Assembly (NCBI GenBank): GCA_964520615.1
Contig: CAZFNL010000137.1
Location: 84,898 to 148,897, forward strand
Direction: 5' to 3'
Source of the DNA: an uncultured Gammaproteobacteria bacterium
Lineage (GTDB): Bacteria > Patescibacteriota > Microgenomatia > 2-02-FULL-39-11
Length of the DNA stretch: 64,000 nt
This document shows positions 39,876 through 49,503 of the stretch, piece by piece. Within the stretch, counting starts at the first letter, position 1. Each line of letters starts with the position of its first letter. The notes beneath the pieces were generated by a model. That model was not told the origin of the DNA, ran no database searches, and saw nothing but the letters and a program-made list of their open reading frames with translations. The translations under genes and the position numbers were made by a program.

Positions 39876-40740
39876 GTATATTGTGTAAGTTACCTATAAT
39901 AAATTGCGGATAATGGATTTGGTAGAAATGTAGAAATCCGGCAAAATCATAAATTAAAAAAAGAAAAAGAAAAACTGGTAAAACACTGCTCAAAAAATAT
40001 TTATTTAGGAAAATGTTATAGATTCCAACAGATATAAATATAGTAAAAAAAGGTAATGTAAGGTAATACTCCCGGCTTTCAGGAAAAAAGGGGCTCACTG
40101 CGGAAATAATTAGAAGCAAAAAAAAGGGTAGAAGGATTTCCTTTTTTTGGGAAACTATAACCCGGTAAAAACCTACAAGAAAAAAAGGCAGAAATCCCAA
40201 AAGCAAAATTCCGTAGTCTCTTACTCCGCCCCACCAAAAAGTAATATTTTTGAAAAATAAAAGATCAGGTGATACTAATATAAATATATTTCTTACAATA
40301 TCCTTTATTCCTGGCAGGTGATTGAAATGTCTAAAAATCCAAAATTGCGGGTAAACGAAATATAAGATTATTGAAAAAGGCAGAAAGATTCCTATCTTTA
40401 TCTTTTTGTTAGAAGAGGAAAAAGAGATTAAGAGCGTAAAAATCAACATAAAAAGTGCAACAGTCGGTTGGGAAGCTATACGGTTTTGCTCTATCGTCCA
40501 AGGCAGTAAACTGAACACATACGCACCAATTAACCCGAGCTTGATATTATTATCTTTTATTTTCTTTACATAAAAATAGATTAGATAAACTGAAAAAATC
40601 CCGATTAGGAAAGATATAAAACGGGGAAATAAATCAGCCTGAAACTTTAGAGGAGGCACCGATCCAAGCTGATAAATCCGTAATAAAACAGCGTTGAGTA
40701 AAATAAGCGCCAATATGAAATTCTTTTTCATACTCCTCAC
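39862..40740 (-). CDS. Internally deleted PMT_2-like paralog (292 aa). It is either a gene remnant or a non-catalytic membrane subunit.
   Basis: The N-terminus LLRIYQLGSVPP matches the paralog leaders. The DE loop, the FGDYKPP region and the C-terminal soluble domain are all absent. The mid-TM block SPDLLFFKNITFWWGGVRDYGILLLGFLPFFLVGFY aligns with the conserved F..FLF..G(x)n..LLG.FY block of the full-length copies. Confidence 0.5.
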   Translation of the reverse strand: MRSMKKNFILALILLNAVLLRIYQLGSVPPLKFQADLFPRFISFLIGIFSVYLIYFYVKKIKDNNIKLGLIGAYVFSLLPWTIEQNRIASQPTVALFMLIFTLLISFSSSNKKIKIGIFLPFSIILYFVYPQFWIFRHFNHLPGIKDIVRNIFILVSPDLLFFKNITFWWGGVRDYGILLLGFLPFFLVGFYRVIVSQKKEILLPFFLLLIISAVSPFFPESREYYLTLPFFTIFISVGIYNIFLNKYFLSSVLPVFLFLFLIYDFAGFLHFYQIHYPQFIIGNLHNIHAPY

Positions 40741-42416
40741 AGGTTCTTGGCAATTACCAGAGCTTTCGTACCATTCAGGTACTTTATGGTTTTAAGGATT
40801 CTTGCATCCGGAGGAAAATCACCCGGCAATCCTACAAGAAGCAATCTTTCATTTTTTGGCAATTTATTGTAAGTGAAGTTCTTAAACTCATACTTGTCAA
40901 AATGATTTCTTTGGTCGGCAAAACCGCCTGAAACAGTTCCTCCTCCTGCCAGATATTTTGCCGGAGGGTATTTGGAATAGAAAAGCCAGAAAATATAAGG
41001 CATATCCACATGCATGGAAACCAATACTTTGTCATAATTGGCTTTCTCTTTTTCAGTATATTGAACTGCTTGTTTTCTGCCGTAAAGCCAATATTTTGAC
41101 AACTCATAATTGGTATGGACATAATACTGATGCAGGTAATAGCTATTGTCTATCATAAAAGTGCCCGTCGCAAAAATCATAAAGAGTATAACCACCCATC
41201 TGGACTCTTTTCTGATAAATTTAAAAGCGATAAATAATCCTACTGCGGCAAATATCTGCCATAGAGGGAGAAAAAGTTCGGACCTGACAGCATGGGGAGC
41301 CTCCCTTGTAACAGCATCCGGTATGGGCACAAAAAGAAACCATAAAGGTAAAATAAGGGAATAGCGGTTAAGCCCGTTTTTCAATATATAAAGAATACCC
41401 AGTACAATAAATGGCAACTCCCATATATAGATAAGGCCAAACCCTGGAGCATGATGTAAAGGGACATCTCCTTTTACAAACAAAAACTCAAAGCCAAAAT
41501 TGGACAAGTAATGATGAAATGCTTTAACTAAAGTATCGTAATCCGTATATATCCATCTCTGGTTATGAAAGATTTTTCCGGAAAGCGTATAACCGGCTTT
41601 GGCATCCAGTAATCTCTGATTCAGAAATATTTTTTCAAGGTCTTTCTCATCAAGATATCGGGCTCCGGCATTGAATATGTTTGTTGCCTGAAACCTGATC
41701 TCAGAATCTGGCGTAAGAAGTATTGATACGAATCCGGCAAAAAATACGGCAAATATAAGACCAAATCCGACTATATGTTTCCCTTTCGGAAGCAACCGGT
41801 TGAATATAAGAAAAAGCGAGACCAGAAGAAGAGGTGCAACTACTCGAGTGCTGTGGTATGAAAAGAGGTCCAGGCCGAAAAATAAAGCCGACAGTGTAAA
41901 AAGCCGTGGTTTTTCCAAACCGGCAATAAAAAGATACACTGCCACAACCGTAATAAATACGGACACATTTACTTCAAATGCCGCCCGTGAAAACTGCAGA
42001 TGCCAGGGAGACACTGAAAGAAGAAATGCCACAAGAAAAGCTATATATGAGGCTCCTTTTGCCAAATTGGGTACCTTTGACATAATTGTAAAGACCAGAA
42101 AATAGGTAGCAATAACTGTCAGTATCCCGAAAAATACTGATGGGAACCTCACTCCGAATGAATTTAGGCCGAATAGAGCCACTGAGGGAACTGTAATATA
42201 TTCATAAATTGGAGGCTTGTAATCATCAAGAGACCTGAAAGTCAAAGGCAAAAGAGTGCCGAATTGATCCCGACCCGTATGCAGTATTGAATAAGCGTCA
42301 TAGCCTATGGCCACCTCATCCCACTCCAGGGATACCGGTGTCTTACCCAGTTGGTAAAGCCGCAAGATACTTGCCAGTATAAAAATGGAGACCAATAGAA
42401 AAATATGCCGTTTCAT
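40737..42416 (-). CDS. PMT_2/ArnT-like GT-C glycosyltransferase, array paralog 8. It is promoter-proximal, the first gene of the array.
   Basis: 559 aa. LRLYQLGKTPVSLEWDEVAIGYDAYSILHTGRDQFGTLLPL. Confidence 0.75.
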   Translation of the reverse strand: MKRHIFLLVSIFILASILRLYQLGKTPVSLEWDEVAIGYDAYSILHTGRDQFGTLLPLTFRSLDDYKPPIYEYITVPSVALFGLNSFGVRFPSVFFGILTVIATYFLVFTIMSKVPNLAKGASYIAFLVAFLLSVSPWHLQFSRAAFEVNVSVFITVVAVYLFIAGLEKPRLFTLSALFFGLDLFSYHSTRVVAPLLLVSLFLIFNRLLPKGKHIVGFGLIFAVFFAGFVSILLTPDSEIRFQATNIFNAGARYLDEKDLEKIFLNQRLLDAKAGYTLSGKIFHNQRWIYTDYDTLVKAFHHYLSNFGFEFLFVKGDVPLHHAPGFGLIYIWELPFIVLGILYILKNGLNRYSLILPLWFLFVPIPDAVTREAPHAVRSELFLPLWQIFAAVGLFIAFKFIRKESRWVVILFMIFATGTFMIDNSYYLHQYYVHTNYELSKYWLYGRKQAVQYTEKEKANYDKVLVSMHVDMPYIFWLFYSKYPPAKYLAGGGTVSGGFADQRNHFDKYEFKNFTYNKLPKNERLLLVGLPGDFPPDARILKTIKYLNGTKALVIAKNL

Positions 42417-42555
42417 CTTTACTCTAAGGACTCGTCCATAAATAATTTAATAGGTATTTATATTTACGGCCTTCTGTGCGGCACCGCAAATAGTCATATT
42501 AGAGACGGATGCTGCCTAAAACCGGATCAAAATAACAAGTATTTTAGCACAAAAT

Positions 42556-42580
42556 GAAGCTGAGTAAATAAAGCAGCTTA
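42556..42580 (-). terminator. Weak hairpin (GAAGCTG, 11-nt loop, CAGCTT) in the 173-bp gap between GT2 42590-43513 and the GT-C array.
   Basis: Inverted repeat read directly from the sequence. The stem is only 6-7 bp and AT-rich and the U-tract is poor. It could be a terminator, or part of the array promoter region. Confidence 0.2.
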
Positions 42581-42589
42581 CTTTACATC

Positions 42590-43513
42590 TCAGTCTTTCT
42601 TAAATAAGGAAAATATCTGTCCGTCTTTAATTTTAATCATTGACTTAAACTCGAAACGCTCCTCAAGTGCCTGGGGCAATCTGACTATTGCCTGTAAAAG
42701 CCCTTGTATAAAAGACTTATCAATCTTAATTAATGACTTGGATGTAATATAGATCAAATATAAAATATGATTAACCAGTAATCCAAAATCAGTAATATTC
42801 ATCCAGACAAAAAGAATCTGATTCCGGTATGAAATTGTCTTTATCCGGCTGCTTTTATATTTGTTTCGGATAGCCCCAGTACTTTGTTTGTGCCAAACTG
42901 TGCTTTTCGGTTCAAATACCACTTTATATCCGGCTTTCATCGCTCTGTAAGACAGGTCTATATCCTCCCAGTAAAAGGGGTCATATATTTCCCGCAACCC
43001 CCCCAGATCATTCCATAAGTCTTTTCTGAAAATCCCAGCTCCTCCTGAAACCCAAAGAGTATTTTTCTTGTCGGGATTTCCTTTTGAGTGGATGAGAAAT
43101 CCATTTTTAAATTCACCGATACCCCTGCCTCGGAGTACCGTCATGTTTTTCTCTTCTACGCTTTTCTGAAGGCATCCTACTGCAAAAACTTTATTATCGG
43201 CAAAATGGGGCAGAAGATATTCTAAAAAATCAGTTTCTGGATAAACATCGCTATTTAGAAGAAGCACTAATTCTCCTTTTGCCACCCTCACGCCATTATT
43301 TACCGCAGTGGAAAATCCCCGATTGATTTTACTTTGTAAAACCTTTATATGGGGAAAATTCTTCCGGAGCATTACCACGCTATCATCCTCTGAAGCATCG
43401 TCCACAACTATAATCTCTGCACCTCTTGCAGCTTCTGAAACCTCCGGCAAGTTTTTCGCTAACAAATTCCGGCCGTTATAGTTTGGTATAACAACGCTTA
43501 CCTTTTTATTCAT
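42590..43513 (-). CDS. Glycosyltransferase family 2.
   Basis: 307 aa. VSVVIPNYNGRNLLAKNLPEVSEAARGAEIIVVDDASEDDSVVML and LLNSDV. Confidence 0.8.
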   Translation of the reverse strand: MNKKVSVVIPNYNGRNLLAKNLPEVSEAARGAEIIVVDDASEDDSVVMLRKNFPHIKVLQSKINRGFSTAVNNGVRVAKGELVLLLNSDVYPETDFLEYLLPHFADNKVFAVGCLQKSVEEKNMTVLRGRGIGEFKNGFLIHSKGNPDKKNTLWVSGGAGIFRKDLWNDLGGLREIYDPFYWEDIDLSYRAMKAGYKVVFEPKSTVWHKQSTGAIRNKYKSSRIKTISYRNQILFVWMNITDFGLLVNHILYLIYITSKSLIKIDKSFIQGLLQAIVRLPQALEERFEFKSMIKIKDGQIFSLFKKD

Positions 43514-43528
43514 ATTAAACTTCTCGTA

Positions 43529-45844
43529 TCAAATCAAACTAGTGTAAAACGTTATTGTGTGTTCACCTTTGGGTACGACAATCGCCCGCAAAAGGAAATC
43601 AGCCTTGAGAATTTCCGCAGGTTTCTCATCAATTGATGCCTTCCATGACGGATAATAAATATCAGTCAAAACCAACAATCTGTCTTCAGTTGTAACCACC
43701 TTAATCTGGACATCATTTGCCTCATAATGAACAATCTCTGCTTTATCATTTTCTAACCCTTTCTTCTGAGGTTTGATATCCACATTCTTATTCAACACCA
43801 CCGTATTCCTTAAATTATCGGCAAGTGAATACATCTTGTCCATCTCTTCCTGGGGATTTGAGGCAATGACAATATTTCCAGCAAAAAAAGCCCTCGGGAA
43901 AAACTTCGTATTTTCATAAAGGTAAGTATTTCCCTCAGTCATGATATATCTTAACTTTGATGATTTTAGCGGTCCGAAACTAAGTATATACTTTACCCCC
44001 AATAGATCTGAAAAGAAACTGTCGTAATTTGAAGGAGTTACAATCCTGTTGAAGGATGCGGCATCTATATCCGTCTTACCCCTTCCCCATGAAGCCGCAA
44101 ACCGATTGTACAACAAAAGATATAAAGGATCATATCCTGCTACATCCTGTAATTTGTAGTAGACAGAAAAATTCGGAGGCATTATACGTCTGTCCGTAGC
44201 CATAATTCTAAAATTGCTTTTGTTGTCTCTTTTTATAAAATTAGTGACGGTTGTTGGAGGATAAAGGAATTCGCTTTTGGAAAATGGGGTAAATTTCCAA
44301 CCAAACCTGAAAATCTCTGCAATAAAAATGATAATTAGCAAAAAAAATAGAGGGACTTTATTATTCATCTTCTTTGACGCTACCCACAGCAATAATACCG
44401 CAGAAAACAAATATACAATACTGGGCAAGAAAAGATTTCTTTTAGAGACGGAAATGTCCGCCGCCGAAATATTCAGCTTAAAAAGAGAAAATTTCAAAAC
44501 AAATATCCAAAGAAGAATAAAAACTGCGGCAACAGGAATTAAAACACACAATATTTTCCTTATATTTTTATCTGATGAAATTTTTTCATAACCCAATGCC
44601 GAAAGAATTGAAAGAGAAAAATCCACAAGAAACATCAATCTTGTGGGCTGACTTGAAGAAAGAAGAGGAATATGCAAACTGAAAGGCAGCATTGAAAATA
44701 CATTTGGCAAGGCAAAAATAAGACTGAGGAAAAAAACGGTACCGAAAAAAAGGACCTTCTTGCTATAGTGGAATACAAGTGCATACAAGGCAAAAATAAG
44801 AGGCAAAATTCCTATAAAACCTACAAACTCGCCATAATTCCAGACTCCCCAATAGTTATTTGTGGCAGGATTACCGAAAAAGTCAGGAGCAATAAACTGA
44901 ACGAGGTTTTGCCAGGGAAGAAACCAACCAGCAACATGCGTATAGTTTCCCTGATCGACATTTCTAGCTGAAAGCAGGATGAAACGCAGTGAAGGCAACC
45001 ATTGGACTAGTGTCAAAATAACAAATAACAAATAACAAAATAAAAAAAGCAAAATGATCCTGAGTTTATTTTTCCTCGCCAGTAAAATTTTGATCGCTAA
45101 ATAGAAATTAGTGACTATAAACTCATAAAAGAAAATCTGCAAATGTCCGGCAAAAAAAGAGAAAATTAAGGAAAAAGTAAAAATCCCTACCCAGATAATT
45201 ATCTTCTTTTTTTTTGCTTGTAGTTTTGAGTTTTGAAGATTACTGATAGCTTGAATAATTTTCTCAATTGATAACAGTAATAATGGAAGCCAGAGTGCGG
45301 TTTGTAAAACTGTATTCCACTCCAACCAAGCAATGCTGAAACCTGAAAAAGCAAATGCTACGGATCCTATAAAAGCACCCGTTTCCCCTACCCCGATTTC
45401 CTTCAAATAAAAATATAAAAACATTCCCGCAAGAAGAGGTTGGACAATAATAAGAATTGTCCAGGCGACATCAAACGGCAGAAATATAAATAAGGTATTC
45501 AGTGGATAAAAAGATGCTGACTGGAAATTGGCTAAAAGTGGCGTACCGGAAAATGAGTAAGGATTCCAAAGAGGCAGTACACCATTTACCATTTGTGACA
45601 TTGCTGCATACCGCCAGACATATTGTTGTCGTACTGGATCAGTCGTCAGAAAGTTTTTGTAGGGAACACCTGCCGGATAACCGGCAAAAGACACATCCTT
45701 AAAAGGATAATACATGCCTGTTATGGTGTCGGCAGGAATGGGAAGTTTACCCTGCAAAAAGACCGGGTAAAAAAAAATGATAATTAAGAATAATATAAGA
45801 AATAGGAAAAAACTATTCCGAAAGAATTTGGTCAATCTTTTCAT
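43529..45844 (-). CDS. YfhO-family polytopic membrane protein (GT-C candidate), long form.
   Basis: 771 aa. The N-terminus is PADTITGMYYPFKD..LPLWNPYSFSGTPLLANFQSASFYPLN. There are at least 12 TM segments. The C-terminal domain is DIYYPSWKASIDEKPAEIL..VVPKGEHTITF. Both ends resemble B. subtilis YfhO-type proteins. Confidence 0.55.
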   Translation of the reverse strand: MKRLTKFFRNSFFLFLILFLIIIFFYPVFLQGKLPIPADTITGMYYPFKDVSFAGYPAGVPYKNFLTTDPVRQQYVWRYAAMSQMVNGVLPLWNPYSFSGTPLLANFQSASFYPLNTLFIFLPFDVAWTILIIVQPLLAGMFLYFYLKEIGVGETGAFIGSVAFAFSGFSIAWLEWNTVLQTALWLPLLLLSIEKIIQAISNLQNSKLQAKKKKIIIWVGIFTFSLIFSFFAGHLQIFFYEFIVTNFYLAIKILLARKNKLRIILLFLFCYLLFVILTLVQWLPSLRFILLSARNVDQGNYTHVAGWFLPWQNLVQFIAPDFFGNPATNNYWGVWNYGEFVGFIGILPLIFALYALVFHYSKKVLFFGTVFFLSLIFALPNVFSMLPFSLHIPLLSSSQPTRLMFLVDFSLSILSALGYEKISSDKNIRKILCVLIPVAAVFILLWIFVLKFSLFKLNISAADISVSKRNLFLPSIVYLFSAVLLLWVASKKMNNKVPLFFLLIIIFIAEIFRFGWKFTPFSKSEFLYPPTTVTNFIKRDNKSNFRIMATDRRIMPPNFSVYYKLQDVAGYDPLYLLLYNRFAASWGRGKTDIDAASFNRIVTPSNYDSFFSDLLGVKYILSFGPLKSSKLRYIMTEGNTYLYENTKFFPRAFFAGNIVIASNPQEEMDKMYSLADNLRNTVVLNKNVDIKPQKKGLENDKAEIVHYEANDVQIKVVTTEDRLLVLTDIYYPSWKASIDEKPAEILKADFLLRAIVVPKGEHTITFYTSLI

Positions 45845-46913
45845 AGAATTTTTTAGGTCCGAAATCTGCTGCTCTTTTTACTGATTCCGAAGACATCTTT
45901 TTCCTAAGATTTTCATCATTCATTAAAAGCGTTGTTTTCCCTAACAATTCTTTCTTACTTTTCCAGAAATAACCGTCTATACCATCATTTATTATATCCA
46001 CCTGGCCGCCGCCCTTAAAAACGACCGGTACGCACTGAGCCGACATTGCCTCCAGAGTAGTAATGCCAAAATGTTCCGCCCTTTCTGGATATAACTGTAA
46101 ATCCTCTCTGTAACCTGTCGCATGCCAATATATTTTTGATTTTCTATAAAGCCGTACCAGTTCATGAAAATTAACGTTTGTATAGAACTCTATAGGGAAA
46201 TCCCCAATTGTCTCTTTCAACCTGTTCATTTCAATATTGTTTTTTTTACTTGGCAGAAGACCTCCAGCAAGAATCAATTTCCATCCTGAAAAATATTTTT
46301 TATAGTTTTGTCGGAAAACATCAATAAGTAATTCCTGCTTCTTGTTGTGGGGATTTATAAAAAATCGGCCAACAGACAAAATTATATTTTGTTTTTCCCC
46401 ACCATCATACTGCAACTTCTCAATTTCAACCGGAGGGGATAAAACGGTGGCTTCAAGTCCCAGCCTGTCAGAAATCATACCCGCCATAAATTCCGAATAG
46501 CACAGAATTTCCCAATTATGCAATTTCACTTTATTCAGCAACGATTTTTTTGTCAGATGAATAGGTGATTGCACTATTAGAAAATTCTTCTTCGCAATCG
46601 GAAAAAAGAGGCTACCGTCCGTCATGTAAAAAAATATGTCATACATCCGAGGTCTTATGATTTTGGAAAGAGGTCCTGTCTTTATAATTTGTGATTGTGG
46701 CAAAAAATTGACGCCGGAAAGATCAATATTTAGCATTGACTCAATTTTCTCCCGCACGCGCACATCCCCATAGATATAGACGGCATAGTCTTTTTGGCTT
46801 TTCAGATACTGGGCAATAGACAATATATACCTTTCCCCTCCCCCCAATGTTTCAAGGTATGGACTGTATATCCCTACTTTCATCTTTTTTGTCTCTTTAT
46901 TTTTCTTCACCAT
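45813..46913 (-). CDS. Glycosyltransferase family 4.
   Basis: 366 aa. EHFGITTLEAMSAQCVPVVFKGGGQVDII is a GT4 C-domain motif. Confidence 0.8.
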   Translation of the reverse strand: MVKKNKETKKMKVGIYSPYLETLGGGERYILSIAQYLKSQKDYAVYIYGDVRVREKIESMLNIDLSGVNFLPQSQIIKTGPLSKIIRPRMYDIFFYMTDGSLFFPIAKKNFLIVQSPIHLTKKSLLNKVKLHNWEILCYSEFMAGMISDRLGLEATVLSPPVEIEKLQYDGGEKQNIILSVGRFFINPHNKKQELLIDVFRQNYKKYFSGWKLILAGGLLPSKKNNIEMNRLKETIGDFPIEFYTNVNFHELVRLYRKSKIYWHATGYREDLQLYPERAEHFGITTLEAMSAQCVPVVFKGGGQVDIINDGIDGYFWKSKKELLGKTTLLMNDENLRKKMSSESVKRAADFGPKKFYEKIDQILSE

Positions 46914-47669
46914 CTAACTTATCGCCTTTTGCTTTTCCCACAATTTAGCATAGGTGATAAAAATGCTAAATGATTGATAAATACTCTCTATAAGACCGGT
47001 AGTACCAACTTTATAACCTCCGTCTGTAACATATGATTTTATAAAAGCAGTTGACATCACCCTAAAAAACCGCCACGGAGTCATTTTAGGATGATTGCTC
47101 TTGTAGCGGAGTTGCGCCTCAAGGTTGGACCATTGATTTGTCTTTTCCACCATCTCGGAAATGTCATTATGTGTAAAATGGAGTAAAATCCCCTCTTTTA
47201 TATCAGCTATCCCGCCAAGTACCTGGGGCGTCTCATGCAGCGATCCGTACCATCCCAGAAGATCTTTTTTCCTGACCAATCTGACCATTTTTTCCTCATT
47301 TGGCCATTCCACCCCCAGGTAATAATTTTTCCTCCTGACAGCATAGGCACAATATTTTCCCCCTATATTTTTTACTGCTTCAACCAGATATTCCTTAAGT
47401 TGCGGCGTCACCCTTTCATCAGCATCAATATAAAAAAGCCATTCATTTTCGGCCTTTTCGCGACCCAGATTGCGCAGATAGGAAAAATCAAGAGTACCGC
47501 TTACAACCACTTTTGCACCCAAAGATTTTGCCTTATCGACTGTCTTATCAGTTGAACCATTATCAACAACAATAATTTCCTTTACAAAGGGCAACGTTTT
47601 TATGCAATCTGCTATGTCTTTTTCTTCGTTCTTGGTTATAATAACTGCGCTTATATCTGCGTTTTTCAT
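46914..47669 (-). CDS. Glycosyltransferase family 2.
   Basis: 251 aa. ISAVIITKNEEKDIADCIKTLPFVKEIIVVDNGSTDKTVDKAKSLGAKVV and IDADE. Confidence 0.8.
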   Translation of the reverse strand: MKNADISAVIITKNEEKDIADCIKTLPFVKEIIVVDNGSTDKTVDKAKSLGAKVVVSGTLDFSYLRNLGREKAENEWLFYIDADERVTPQLKEYLVEAVKNIGGKYCAYAVRRKNYYLGVEWPNEEKMVRLVRKKDLLGWYGSLHETPQVLGGIADIKEGILLHFTHNDISEMVEKTNQWSNLEAQLRYKSNHPKMTPWRFFRVMSTAFIKSYVTDGGYKVGTTGLIESIYQSFSIFITYAKLWEKQKAIS

Positions 47670-48574
47670 AATTTTCCCTTACCCATCCTACCTTTATAAA
47701 AATCAGCTACTGCCTGCCTGAAGATATTTCCTTTAAATAAATCCCTGAAGCTTTCCAAAAGAAGGGATTTTTTTGCCCTAAGCGGGGCATACCGGAAGCC
47801 AAAATATAGTCTATTGCGAAGCTGGTAATAAACGTGCAGTTTTGATCCTGGTTTTCCTGAAGTCTCTGCATTTTTGTGCCATATGGAAACCCCCGGATAA
47901 TATTTTATTTCAAATCCTGCTCTTTTTGCCCTCAGTGAAAAATCCACATCCTCAAAATAGAGAAAATACCTCTCATCAAGAAAGCCTATTTTATCTATAA
48001 CTTTTCCATTTATAAACATGCAGCAGCCTGTGGAAAAACCGGTATCGCAAATTTCATCATATTGACCTGTATCCACCTCATCCACTCCCCTATGTGAAGC
48101 ATAAATGTTTTTCCAGTCCACAATACCTCCCGCATACCATATGACACGGCCCTTTTCATCCACTGTATACCTTTGCGAATGGTATTCGCTGCCGGCGGCA
48201 AAATAAATCTTTGGGGAGACAAGACCTATCCGGGAGTTTTTTAGGCCAAAAGCGGCTAAGTTGTCTAATGATTTTGCAGATACCAAAGTATCGTTGTTCA
48301 ACAATATGAAATATTTACAACCATCTTGCAAGGCTTTCCTCAAACCGACATTGTTGGCAGCTGAGTAACCGATATTAGAATCGTTAACAATAAGCTCTAT
48401 TCCCCTATACCTTTTATCAATTTCATGAGGAATTCCAAAGTCTCCCGAATTGGAAACAATATATATCTTTTTATTCCCCAAATCGGAACCTCTTGAGTAA
48501 ATAGAAGACAAACATGCGTCTGTATCCTTCCAATTTATGTAGTGAAGTATAATTACGGCTGTTTCGGAAATCAT
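47666..48574 (-). CDS. Glycosyltransferase family 2 (WbbL/rhamnosyltransferase-like).
   Basis: 302 aa. VIILHYINWKDTDACLSSI, ILLNNDTLV and a DxD-like FEDVDF. Confidence 0.75.
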   Translation of the reverse strand: MISETAVIILHYINWKDTDACLSSIYSRGSDLGNKKIYIVSNSGDFGIPHEIDKRYRGIELIVNDSNIGYSAANNVGLRKALQDGCKYFILLNNDTLVSAKSLDNLAAFGLKNSRIGLVSPKIYFAAGSEYHSQRYTVDEKGRVIWYAGGIVDWKNIYASHRGVDEVDTGQYDEICDTGFSTGCCMFINGKVIDKIGFLDERYFLYFEDVDFSLRAKRAGFEIKYYPGVSIWHKNAETSGKPGSKLHVYYQLRNRLYFGFRYAPLRAKKSLLLESFRDLFKGNIFRQAVADFYKGRMGKGKL

Positions 48575-49494
48575 AATTTTCTTTTTATGCGCCAGATTAA
48601 GGACTCAAGGATGGAATGAGGTTTGGAAAGAAAAAGGTCGTATAGCCAATATCTTTTATGCCTGTATTCATTTTCTATCATAGACCGTACATCCTCAATG
48701 GATACTTTTTCCTCTTTGAAGTTTTCCAGTTCCCAAAGCTTCAGATACATAGAGAGCTCCGAAAAAGACTGCAAAAGAGACAAACCCAAACCGTGCACTC
48801 CGTCCTTATAACCTTCCTGAACAAAATACCTTTGGACAAACTCACGTACAGGCGGGTCAAAAAGATATTCAGGCTTAAACCTCTTGTCGGAAAGATACAT
48901 TTCCTTGGCAGCAATCCCCGAATAGCGGTTCATCCTTTCAATAAACTGTTCGATAGTCTGATAATTATGATGAACAATGCTTAAAGACTCTTCAGCAGGA
49001 AAGTCCAAACCGTTCCCCCTGGTCAAAGGAATCCCATGTATTTTATCAGTCCATGACACCATGCCTTTTTTGAAAAACCTGATCTGGTAATCCGGCCACC
49101 ATCCTGCATGCGTTATCCACTTGTCAAAAATGATATTTTTACGCGGTATTCGACAGAAATCTGCGTTCTCTCCCTTTGCAACATCTTTAATATAATCCGC
49201 CAATGTTTTGGGAATTTCCTCATCTGCATCAAGTATTAAAACCCAATCGCCTTTGGCTTTAGAAATGGCAAAATTGCGGGCCGGTTCCACAAAACCGGTA
49301 TATGCGTGTTTGAAAAGCCTGATTGAGAAAGGTTTGGCTTTTTGGCATGTCCTGTCGTTTGACCCCATATCCACCATAACTATTTCCCCGGCTAAATCCG
49401 CTAGAGAAGACAAGCATCGCTCAATATTTTGCTCTTCGTTATATGTGTTTACAACTGCAGAAATCATGGTACTAAAACTGATACGCCGAAACAA
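48571..49494 (-). CDS. Glycosyltransferase family 2.
   Basis: 307 aa. ISAVVNTYNEEQNIERCLSSLADLAGEIVMVDMGSNDRT and LDADE. Confidence 0.8.
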   Translation of the reverse strand: MFRRISFSTMISAVVNTYNEEQNIERCLSSLADLAGEIVMVDMGSNDRTCQKAKPFSIRLFKHAYTGFVEPARNFAISKAKGDWVLILDADEEIPKTLADYIKDVAKGENADFCRIPRKNIIFDKWITHAGWWPDYQIRFFKKGMVSWTDKIHGIPLTRGNGLDFPAEESLSIVHHNYQTIEQFIERMNRYSGIAAKEMYLSDKRFKPEYLFDPPVREFVQRYFVQEGYKDGVHGLGLSLLQSFSELSMYLKLWELENFKEEKVSIEDVRSMIENEYRHKRYWLYDLFLSKPHSILESLIWRIKRKL

Positions 49495-49503
49495 TCAAAA
49501 ATG

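Noticed and set aside
42481-42494. Short palindrome TGCGGCACCGCA in the 173-bp gap upstream of the GT-C array.
   Set aside because: The stem is only 5 bp. It could be an operator half-site pair, but there is no supporting repeat elsewhere in the window.
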